Below, one piece after another: positions 53,165 to 64,000 of a stretch of 64,000 bases of DNA. Below the pieces are notes generated by a model, which made no database searches, was not told the DNA's origin, and saw nothing but the letters and a program-made list of their open reading frames with translations. The stretch is taken from the NCBI GenBank assembly GCA_964106645.2, contig OZ067045.1; one strand, written 5' to 3'. The position numbers and the translations under genes were made by a program. Positions within the stretch are counted from its first letter, which is position 1; every line of letters begins with the position of its first letter. The stretch is from Podarcis pityusensis. Lineage: Eukaryota.

Positions 53165-55064
53165 TATTTGCCACAGTCTTGGGTAAAGGTGTCAGACTGC
53201 TCTGAGACTCTTTTTAGAACTACCATGGCCTGAAGGAACATCTGTGGCTGCCATCACCCCAACCACTAGCCATGCTGGCTGCTGGGAACTGGGAGTCCTA
53301 CAACATCTAGAGGGCTACTGGTTAGTCACATTGTCTTAGACCTTCATGGTATCCCTGGTCCCAGCACGCACACGCACGTGCACACACAAAAGCACCTCTG
53401 TGAGAAAGAGATTTCCTTTATAAAATATGGCCTATTATTTCCACCTGAGCTAATCCCCCATGGAGCCACTCATCCTCAACGAGCATTATTTGTGCTCGCT
53501 GCTTTCCTGCTAAAGGCCTGAGATGAGTTTCCCACTCTGGCATCAGATGACACTTGGGAGGCAAAACTCCAATCTGCCATCTTAATCTCCTCTCTGTCAG
53601 GGCTCTAGCACTCTGCCATTAGCAATGGACCCACCCTGTGCTCCCAGGCATTTGCAGAAGAAACAGCGGCCACCGTGCGGCCTCTGGGATCCGTTCCTGC
53701 CTGCCGGCTCATTATAACAGATCATTACTGCCCAAGACGCTGTCGAGCAATCACAGTATTTAAGAGCTCAGACTGCCAAGGTGTCTGCCAAAGATTTCAG
53801 CACTGCTGGCTTGTGGCTTGGCTGCCTGACTCATGGGATTGTGCTGCCCAAAATGTTGGAATCTGACCAAGGCAAAGCAAGCTGACCTCCAGAGAAAGAG
53901 AAAAATTGCTTTACCTGTTGTGTCCACAACCGGCTAACCTGGATACAGCTGAAAGGCCGTGCTGTTCCTCTCAAAAAGGACAAACTTCATCCAAGGCGGA
54001 TCTAGGGGAATGCAACTGGTTCGGTCACACTGGGCACTGAGCTTTTGGGGAGCCTCAGCAATGATGTCCAACTGAAGGCGAGAGGCCACCAAGGTCCACC
54101 ACTGACTGCATCTATCCGTTTCATCAAGACTGAGGGATTTCTAAGCCCCTCTTCAAGAGCTGGAAATCAGGAGCTTGGTGGGAAGACTCTCACCTTGGAG
54201 CATCGGCTGCAACATGGGCTTTAAAAGACAGGCACTGGCCCCACTGGACAGAAGGCAAAGGGGCTCCAGTTACCTTCCCCCAGTGAGCTTTGCTGATTTC
54301 CCCTGCCCAGGCCGGAGTGTGCAGAGCCACGAGGCAGTACAGCCGCTATTCGTTTCAGTGATTTCTGCTTGCTTGGCAAGCCACTCGGTCAGATCCCTAT
54401 CCATCCACTTTAGACTGTTGATTGTCCCATGCAGAAATTGCAGATTCTGATGCAGGCTTGCCAGTTATTATATTGCTTGGCAATGAATTGGAAAAATGAG
54501 CAAAAGATTATGCTTCCAAAGTGCTGGGCTAGCACCACCATATGAGAAGGGGAATTACTCCTAGCCGAGCAGAGCATGAAGAGCAAAGCTGAACGCACAC
54601 GCACGCACATACACTGTGATCCTAAGCATGGAAACTGTGGTGCAGAAGCATAACTGAAGTTAATTGCCACCAGTTCTAAAGTAAATGCACTTATAAACTG
54701 ACCAGGTAAAAAGCGTAGGTGAAACAAGAGGCCTGCATCTGGCAGACCAGTCTGTACAGGGCACAGCATGGAGCAAGTTCTAGGAGATGGAAGATGTGAT
54801 ATGGGGAAGAAGGGAAGCAAGATTGCTATGGGGCAGCAGGTCACCATCAGTGTTCAGGACTTGGAGGTGTGGGTGCTCTCAACAGCTAGGAAGCTAACAT
54901 AATCACATCGGTTTTGGTTTTGGAAAAATTCAAAAGGGCAGCTCAAGGAAGATAATCTGCTCCTTCAAGGTCTCCAGCTGCAGCTGATGCTTCTTTTTCT
55001 TTGTCTCCAGGACTTCAGCCACTGGGTGCAAGCACCTCATGTTACTCCTTGAGCACCATTAGTG

Positions 55065-55185
55065 GCATTCAGCCTTCCCTGCCCTGATGTCCTCCAGATG
55101 GCTTGGACTACAACTCCTATCAGCCCCAGCCAACACAGCTGCAGTCCAAACCATCTGGTGGTCTCCAAGTTGGCAAAGGCTGCTA
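55065..55185. mobile_element. Palindromic MITE copy
   Basis: CAGCCTTCCCT...GGCAAAGGCTG termini with family core. Confidence 0.65.
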
Positions 55186-55664
55186 TAAGGTGTTTGAAAC
55201 ACCTGACGGGGATGCCAGTGAATCAGCTGCCTTTCTTTTTGGTCCCACATCACAGGCAGAGCAAGGAAGGACATGACAAGGATGCAAGTCTTCTATTCAG
55301 CTCAGCTTCTTGTGCAAGCACTGAACTTGCAGCAGCATCCAAGGGAGGCTTTGCTTCCTGAGGGAAGGGAGGCAACAGGCAGCTGGACCACCTCTGTGCA
55401 AGGAGTCCATGCATTGCTTTTGGAAGGAGGTCACAGGGGCATTGTGGCATATGACCCATCAGTTGGCTCTCACTGGGGGCACCCAGCTAAGTTCTTTAAA
55501 CTGCTTAGACACAAATTTTGTTTCCCCAGGGAAGGGGTGGGAAGCTGAAGAACCATCTGTTCTGGTGGTCCAATTGAAAAGAGAACTTCTTGAAAGGGTC
55601 GATTTCCCTGCTTGCAGTATTCAGTTTTAGCAAGGTATACAGGAAGCAAGGTTAAATGATGTAC

Positions 55665-55747
55665 CTTAAACACATTTTCCACACACTCACTGAGCTCCTC
55701 CTCTTTCACCAACACAGTCCCTGCCAGCAGCTCTTTCAGCGGTACTT
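55665..55747 (-). CDS. TANGO6: TANGO6 exon 7 (83 nt)
   Basis: AG/GT bounded, phase 1/0. EVPLKELLAGTVLVKEEELSECVENVFK. Confidence 0.92.
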
Positions 55748-56526
55748 CTGAACAAAACAAAGAATAATAAGATCATCAAAACCCATCAAAACAGAGGAGG
55801 TTGACATTGCAGGCTGTGTCCAACTCCTCAAAAGCATTTTTGTGGGGTGGGAGCCTTCAAATATATCAGTTGTTTATTTGTTTTATTAAGTTTTTTTTTT
55901 TTAGACTGACTGCTCCCATGGATCGCTCACTATAATAATGCCAAAAGATTCATTAATGATGGAGGATTAAAAAAAACAAAAAACATAGTACAGAATAGCT
56001 GATGGGACCCCAGGGTATAGGGTGGTATATAAAGTCAATAAATAAAAATAAATAAAAGTCTTTTGAGAGGCAAATCTCACCATGACCACTTTCACAATTC
56101 TCCCCCTGGAGGACTGACCATGGGTCATTGCAGCCCTAAAAAGGCAACCCACCCCCTGTAATCATGGTAGGGTGCTCAATGCATCACGCTTTTATGGACT
56201 GCTCCATTTAATGCAACACAATAATGGCAATTGAATTAAACAGAATGGTCCATAAAGTACAGAATGAGTTACTTGGAGCTCTGCCCAGTTTGTAACGGGC
56301 TGCTAGGAGAGAGCCCGCCAGGCTTCTGTCACTGAGGAAATGAGATATCCAAGAATCACAGAGCAAATGATTCCAAGTAATGAAGTCATTGAACAAAATA
56401 AGAAACAATTTTCACAGCCTGAACCGATGATGCAGGACAGGTACAAAGAAGGCGACCTGCCCCTCTCACAGGGGCCGCCAGATTCCTTAGTCTGGTCCAG
56501 GTGGTCGAGAAGAAGGAAGCGGTTAC

Positions 56527-56692
56527 CTGTCACATCATCTGAGCAGCGCAGGAGGGGCTCCAGTATGGGACGCAGCAGGTGCTTCTCGGCTTGCTGGGGG
56601 TGTTGTCTTGCCATGGAGAGGACAGTCGTGGTGGCAACTCGCTGGAACTGATGGGCTGTCAGCTTATCCTGAATGAGGAACAGCTGCAGAAC
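56527..56692 (-). CDS. TANGO6: TANGO6 exon 6 (166 nt)
   Basis: AG/GT bounded, phase 0/1. VLQLFLIQDKLTAHQFQRVATTT...LLRPILEPLLRC. Confidence 0.93.
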
Positions 56693-57129
56693 CTGGGAGA
56701 GAAATGGCACACAGACTGCTCTTTAGCCACTGCTGGGGGCTGCATTTGCATTGCTCTCCAGTGCTGTTTATTCCTCGGCCGCTGATCCTTCATTAAACAG
56801 TGTTTCTAAAACCGTGCGTGTGCTTCTCATTGTTAATAGGCCAATAAAAAGCAAATGCAAGTATGCCCTTTTTTTAGTAATAGGCCTATAAACAATGAGA
56901 GTTTCATATTAGGTCTCTTCAGCCTGGCCTTTGACAGCTGAGATGTGTGTTTTCAGGACTTGCCCTATTCCTGTGACTGTCCTCTGTTTTAACTGTTTTT
57001 AATTCTGAATTTTACACTGTTGTAACCTGCCCTGGGACCTACTGGTGTAGGCTTGGTAATAAATGTAGTAAATGTAGTATGTTACTACTACTATTGCTAT
57101 TACCATTGTTACCACCACAGTTTCTGCAC

Positions 57130-57660
57130 ATGCTGTAGAGGGAAATGAAGGGCAGGTGGAGCTCATCAACCTGGGAAGGTAGCCCATCTAGGAGAAGTAA
57201 AACTCTGATCCTAAACTTCCACTGCATTGTGGATATACTCATTCATGAGAAAGGTTTCAGGAGTAAACCCAGAGGAAAAATCCACACCCACTGCCTTGTG
57301 GTACATCTCTGGGAAAAGAAAAGGCTAAGGAGTAAACCCTACACAAATCCACTGGAGTCCCTATGACAGTTGGATGGCATCTTATACACCTCCTTCCAGC
57401 AACTCCTGCAGTCAAGTAGGTGACAAATAGATCGCTCTGGTTTCCTTTGGATCACGTTGGCAAGGCCAAGTGTGGGGGTGTCCTTGTCATCTGGGCAGCC
57501 CAGGACCTCCAAACACACTGCCCAGGCTTACACTCTGGAGAGGTCACTTCAGTGCTGCAAATGGAGCAAAAACAACGCAGGAGTTACCAGTCTCTGCAGC
57601 CACAGCAGGCGATGTGATTCTCCAGCTGTTTGAGTTCACCCCAGAGGTGCATTTTATTGT
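57130..57660. mobile_element. Probable LINE (RTE-like) 5' region remnant
   Basis: Motif GGGAAGGTAGCCCATCTAGGAGAAGTAAAACTCTG recalled from RTE-clade 5' regions; duplicated GGAGTAAACCC...AAATCCAC. Family assignment uncertain. Confidence 0.35.
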
Positions 57661-57730
57661 CTCTCAAGACAGATGGATGCCACCACCGGTCCCTGCAGGA
57701 ATGATGCCCCAATTGGAAGGCCCTGCACTA

Positions 57731-58200
<470 letters not shown>

Positions 58201-59049
58201 TAAGGGTTTTCAGAAAAAAATTCTGGTAAGTTTTCCCATGCAAATAAGGATAATTTGAAAAGGTAATTTTCATTTTGCATTAGCAAATTTTCTAATGCCC
58301 TAGAGAGTGAACTCATTTACCATATCATATTTTATTTCTTATCTAGTAAACAAAGCTAAAATAACAACAACTAAAATCTGGGGTGGGGGAGTGCTCCAGT
58401 CCATTTTGACACGCTAAGTTTGTAAAGAGGAAATGAGGTGATCCCAAATGTTCCTCAATAAGCAGCTGGCACAAAGCCATTAAAATGACAGCTTTTATTG
58501 GACTAACTTTGGTAGATCTATGAGTCTGCAAGCTTTCAAGTTTCACAGACCCCTGTCAAGCAGAAAAGCTGATGGAGAATTCTGCAAATCATTAAAAATC
58601 AGCATACACCTGCAATAACCAAGGATGGTCCATTTGAAAGAGTGTATTTTATGCCTCTTGTCATCCAAAACCAACTGAACTGAAGCAGTGAGAGGCAAAA
58701 TTCCTCAAACACACTTAAATAACCTTTGAAGAAGAGAGTCACAGAACTCCCAGGTCTCAATATGCTTTCTCACACTGGTTAACAGAATTAGCGGGATTTG
58801 TAGCAATTTACTGTTGCAGGATATAGGGGCCACTGGCTAAAATGGCATTCAAAGGAGATCAGATAAGTTCATGGAGGACAGGATGCCAATAGGAAACCTC
58901 CAGGCTCAGAGACAGTCTACCTCCGATTGCTCACTGTTAAAAAACGGGGACATCTGTTGCTTTCTTACCCCTGCTGGTGAGCTTCCTGAGGGCCTCTAAC
59001 AGGCCCCCCTGGGAAGAAGGCTGGACTACATGCACCTTCAGTCCACAAA

Positions 59050-59420
59050 CAAAGGGCACCCATCTCTTCCGCATCCTGTTCTCACAGTGTCCAACCAGAT
59101 GCCTCGGTGGGAAGCCCACAAGCAGGACCCGAGTGCCATGGTAACTCTCCTCACTTGCAATTCCCAGCAACCGGCATTCAGAGGCCCACTGCCTCCAACT
59201 GTGGAGCTGGAACAAAGCCATCATGGCTAGTGACCACAGATAGCCTTAATCTCCATTAATTTGTCTAATCCTCTTTTAAAACCATCCAAGTTGGTGGCCA
59301 TCACCATGCCACAGGAATTTTCCCAGCATTCAGCTTCACTGGGTTCTAGTACTATGGGAGGGGAAGTAAAACCTATTTTCCATCCATCTTCTCCCATGCC
59401 AGGCATAATCTTATACAGTT
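59050..59420 (-). mobile_element. CR1-like LINE 3' fragment
   Basis: Minus-strand translation VMATNLDGFKRGLDKLME is typical of a CR1/L3 ORF2 end, followed by a 3'UTR. Confidence 0.75.
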
Positions 59421-59475
59421 CTACTGTGCCCCGTTCTCCATGCTTACTCATAGCTTTTCTTATGTTATCATCTCA

Positions 59476-59640
<165 letters not shown>

Positions 59641-59699
59641 TCAAGAGGGAAGAAGAGGACAAGTAATGGGTTGCAGAGCCACACCAGTGAGCACACTTA

Positions 59700-59849
<150 letters not shown>

Positions 59850-60772
59850 CTAAAAAAAAGTTTGCATAAAACAGCAGCAGCAGTAAAATTAATTGTACAG
59901 TATGGCTTTGACTCCCTCTACTGGGTGGTCGGCAATGTGCTGAAATCTTCCACAAAGGTCTGCATTCCTAAGCAGACACTGCACAGAAGACATAAGATCA
60001 ACCTCCCCACAGCTTGCTATTCTTTGTTCTTCTTTTCTGAAAGGCAGCTGCAAAAGGACAGCAGTCTGAGTTAAGAGATGTGGGAGGCCTGCTTAGCCCT
60101 CTTCCTTTCTCCAGTTTTACACCAAATCACCATATTTAGCTACTTTTCTCTCAAAAACAGCCCTTCAGGTAACTTAAAACCAATCAACAGACTGTTCGTA
60201 CTCTGTGAGTAGCATCTAGTTTGGCTCTCAGGCTAGCAGGCGGGTGCCTTGGGTACATGAAGAGGGTTATTGCACTGATGCAATCTTGTTTGCACCTTGT
60301 GGTCTGTTTGACACAAACTTGATGTTGTCATTCGTAATGTTCTGTTGTGTCAACATTATCTCAGTGCAGAGAGAGACTTCGTTGATGTGGACAAGTTTGC
60401 ACATAGTCTTACCAGGCCCATGTCCAACCTGAGCAAAGTGTTACATGATGTCATTCCAATGATCCATGCTGCTGCAAATGACTGAGTGTTTGCTGAACCG
60501 CTACTGCTTCATAGGTTGCATCCCTCAAACCCAGACACCATCACTTGTACCAGTCCAATGTTTGAGTTGCAAAGAAGGTTCCAGTGGGATCATGAGGATG
60601 AAGAAAATAATAATTTCATACTGTATCATTTTGATGATTCCGTTTTCTTTTGAGCCTATGGCCTAGCTAAACTGAAAAGGCCTGTGCTTGCCTGCTTTTA
60701 CAGTACAGAACTAGCTGCCTTTACATACTGCATGTAGCGAATGTCTATTACAGAACACTGAAAAGAATAAAC

Positions 60773-61252
60773 TGTTAGAATCTATGGTGGCCACTGTATG
60801 CATGAAAAGAGAATCAGCTAGGCATGGAAATTGTGATTAATCTTGAATTGTTTTATAGATGGATCAAACAGCATATTGGGAGACACTGAATGAATAGGAC
60901 AATCAGTCAAAGTCTCAGTAAAGAAAGACACTGAAAAATGGTTATATATAATCACATGATATTATAATGAGGGCTGATCTGAAGAGCCAAATTATTTTGG
61001 TTGGTTCAGAATGGTGACATTGTTTTGCAACTATTAAGACTGCTGCGATCCTTTGATTGGTGAATAGAAATTATGAGTATAATCTGGAAGTGTATAAAAA
61101 CATTGCTTTGGATGTGGTTCTTCACAGCCTCCTTATTCTTAAAGGCTGTTCCTATTTGTATTTCAATAAAGGCCTGCATCCTTTTCTTTTGGGTTTTGGG
61201 TTTCTGGGAGGAACACCTCCAATCCAGGAACCCCTTTTAAATTTCTCCAACA
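60773..61252 (+). mobile_element. Possible LTR (ERV/LTR retroelement)
   Basis: TGTTAGAA...TTCTCCAACA termini, 480 bp, ordered ATTGG (61056), TATAAAA (61093) and AATAAA (61165). No TSD found. Confidence 0.4.
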
Positions 61253-61429
61253 ATGTAAGACACTCTCTCTTAAATTTTCTAAGGAGATGACAGATTAAGA
61301 AAGTTATCAAAATTTGGAAAGTTATCAAAAACACTTTTCATCATATATAAGTGATGCTCTATAAAAATGTTGAGATGCCCATCCTGGCTATTCAGAGTTG
61401 GTAACTGGTGCTAAACAAAATATACTCTT

Positions 61430-61640
61430 TATGCCACAGATGTGCAACCTGTGGCCCTCCAAACATTGCTGGATTCCAACTCTCATCATCTCTGACTACT
61501 GGTCATGCCAGGGAGGGCTGATGGAGTCCCACAACATCTAGAGGACACCAGGACGGGGAAGACTGAACTACACGCATTTCCCATCACACCAGGGGCTGAT
61601 GGAAGTTGGAGTCCACAGAAGGTTCCCAGCCCTGAATCGA
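61430..61640. mobile_element. One full and one partial palindromic MITE next to the exon 2 donor
   Basis: GATTCCAACTCTCATCA...CTGATGGAGTCC and GGGGCTGATGGAAGTTGGAGTCC. Confidence 0.55.
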
Positions 61641-61654
61641 AGCTGACAACTCAC

Positions 61655-62310
61655 CATCTGCTCCTGTGAGGGCTTGGCTTCTTCTTCATCCTTCCTTCTT
61701 GCTGGACAGAATCCGAGCTGGCACAGCCCTGCCAGGAGATCCCCCAAGTGACGTGTGAGAATGAGTCTGCTCAGGGACGTGTGATCAGCAACCTCCATTA
61801 GGAGAGTGCAGGTTACAAAAAGCCGGCGTGTGGCACTGGAAATGCATCTGGGGGAAGCCACTTCTTGAACCAGGGCACTGAATTCTGTCCTGCTTCTCAG
61901 GGGAAGCCCAACACCAGGCAAGAGATACGGGCAAATGCCCAAGGTCACAACAAACTGTAAGGCCACCTGCACAGTTTTCTCCTGGGCAATGCTGAGGGTG
62001 TCAGGACTCAGAGGAGGTGCAGCTTCAGCTGTCTTGGGGTTCGGCTGAGGTGGACAGTAAGTTGTTGCTAAGAGAACCATGCACTGCTTGAGACACAGCA
62101 AAAGGAGCAAGACATGGCAAGTAAAATTCCAAGGCACATCCGGGCAGCACGCCAGGCACTGAACCTGCTTAGAGACCTCAGTTCTCAACCTCTGCAGTTC
62201 ATCCCATTGCGGGTCCTGGGCAAACTTCTCTTCCAAAATGGATACATTAAAGCGCAACGATTCCAGCAAATCGACATGCTTCGTTGACTGCAGAGGGCCT
62301 GAATCTGTCC
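61655..62310 (-). CDS. TANGO6: TANGO6 exon 2 (656 nt)
   Basis: AG/GT bounded, phase 1/0. GTDSGPLQSTKH...PPLSPDTLSIAQEKTVQVALQFVVTLGICPYLLPGVGLPL...AGLCQLGFCP. Confidence 0.95.
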
Positions 62311-63299
62311 CTGGAAAGAAAGACCGACAGACAGTTGATCACATGCAGCAAATATATCTACACCACACACTAAATAAAACGGGTTTGAAATACAACCACT
62401 CTCCCCCAAGACTAGGGATCTCTAATAAGTCCATAACAATGGGATATTTTGCTCTATTTGATGAGAATTTGATGAGAAGTTTTAAAGGAGCATGCTGCTC
62501 TTTGTGCCAGAAATAGTCCAATTTTACTTCTGATTTTGTTGGAATGGTTTTTTTTAATGTCAGACAATAATGTTGCTGAACACATTTGGTTTGGAGCTGC
62601 ATCTTATTATATAGGTATATTTGGACTCTTTGCCAGATTAAAGAGCCTATCAAAGTGTTTGTTCCTTTCTTAAATCAGCTGAATAATGTCTGGCCTACGT
62701 TGCAGGGTTGTTGCCAGGACAAGACAGGAAGTAGTGAAAAGACAAAGCATGCAGGCCACCATTTGCTTCTGGAAGCAGAATGGAAGACTTACAACACAGT
62801 CAATAAAATAGGAAGCTGCTCTGCAGCCTCCAATGCTTCGCAGATGAAATTAGGGTCACCCATCACAACAGCTGCTGGGGAGCAGGAATGAGCTTTAGTC
62901 TGCAAGCCCTGCTTGTTCCTGCATTTCTGATCAGATCTAACAGAACTCTTATATTTTTCCCATCCCAAAGTTTCTCCTCTCGCTTCTGGGTTACAGCATA
63001 ATCTTAACCATGTCTACTCAGAAGTAAGTCAAAGGACATGGGACACATTCTAAGTGAGGCTAGGACTGCAGCCTTTGTTTTTCTGAGAACCCTGAGTTGT
63101 CTTGCTCTGGCTTCTGAAGCAGCCAGGCCATTCAGAAATGTCCACACCCCCACCCACACCGCTTTTTGGACTGCCCCACTTTTTACCATTTCATGGGTTC
63201 CTGTAGGAAGGTGCCAGAGTAAGACCATTAGTTCAGCTAGCCCAGTATTGCCTCTGACATTTTATTATTATTTTAAGTTGTGACAAGCCCTTCTCAGTT

Positions 63300-63430
63300 G
63301 TTCTGACTGCCAGAATAACTCTCCAGGGATTCAAGTGGGCTGTCTTTCTCCACCCTACCTGCAGATGTTGTCAGGGATCAAACCTGGGACACCTTCTGCA
63401 CATGACACATGTGCTCTGCTACTGAGCAGC
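63300..63430 (-). mobile_element. tRNA-Ala-derived SINE, degenerate
   Basis: Same family consensus. Confidence 0.6.
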
Positions 63431-63669
63431 TACTACTGTGGCCGTTCCCCTAAAAACGAAGCAAGCTTCCAGTCCTCATGGTTCTGGATGAAGGGCTGAT
63501 TTAAACAAGAACATAGGAAGAAGATACCTTGCACTGAGCCCATCACGACCAGTACCGTTTGACAGCGGGTTTCCAGCAAGGGGGGGGGGGAGGGCGGGTG
63601 ATAACTTTGTACAGTATATCGCTTTGAGCTCTTGGGATACAAAGGTATATAAATAAATAAACTAAAATA

Positions 63670-64000
63670 GCAATACGCGGCACACCACCCCCTAAAATTG
63701 GCCAGAGGGCATTCCCTGGAGAGACGAGCTTTCTTGGAGGGAGACACCGCCGCGCCACACCACCCCAGTATACCGTCTCCAATGAGGCCGTTCAGCTGCG
63801 GGAGCGACCAGGCCGCCTGCAGCCTCCCTTGAATCGCAAAGGTGGAGGAGCCCTTGCCTCCAAAGCCCCCACCCTCTTCTCACCGGCAGCTTTGGCTGTC
63901 CTCAGTAGCAGCTCCAGCGCCTCAATCACCCGCCTCAGCACAGCCTCGCTCCCGGCCATCGCGGCTGCTTCACGCTGTGCTTCTGGCCGCCATCTTAGGA
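63670..64000. promoter_or_regulatory. TANGO6: CpG-rich TANGO6 5' end / promoter with YY1-type motif
   Basis: CpG-rich stretch. AAGATGGCGGC on the minus strand at about 63985-63995. Confidence 0.7.
63884..63959 (-). CDS. TANGO6: TANGO6 exon 1, coding part (76 nt); transport and Golgi organization 6 homolog (Rtp1-like ARM/HEAT protein)
   Basis: GCG ATG G Kozak context. MAGSEAVLRRVIEALELLLRTAKAA then G|GTGAGA, phase 1, in frame with exon 2. The 18 exons sum to 3312 nt (1103 aa). Confidence 0.88.

Overview
Vertebrate (squamate, most likely lacertid lizard) genomic DNA, not prokaryotic. Two spliced genes lie in tandem on the minus strand, in the order known from the human TANGO6-HAS3-CHTF8 locus. 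(1) TANGO6 is complete: 18 coding exons, all GT-AG, ATG 63959 to TAG 19052, 3312 nt, 1103 aa. (2) HAS3 (hyaluronan synthase 3) is complete: 3 coding exons, ATG 7016 to TGA 2602, 548 aa, with a probable non-coding exon 1 in a CpG island near 8.84-8.9 kb. Exon boundaries were placed by hand from splice motifs and checked for frame continuity. The rest is intron and intergenic DNA rich in squamate repeats: about 16 tRNA-Ala-headed SINE copies, Squam3/MIR-type SINEs, CR1 fragments, about 18 copies of a palindromic MITE, and single hAT, Tc1/mariner and Harbinger-type MITEs with TSDs. Almost all other ORFs in the track are noise. I found no convincing new multi-gene system. The best leads are: a 65-bp retroposed poly(A) tail that could create a truncating terminal exon for TANGO6; an out-of-frame upstream ATG (MAARSTA*) that resembles the mammalian TANGO6 start; and a TGA-interrupted ORF next to an LTR-like sequence in TANGO6 intron 2. 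Comparisons with human sequences are from memory and were not run as searches. Repeat coordinates are approximate unless a TSD is given.
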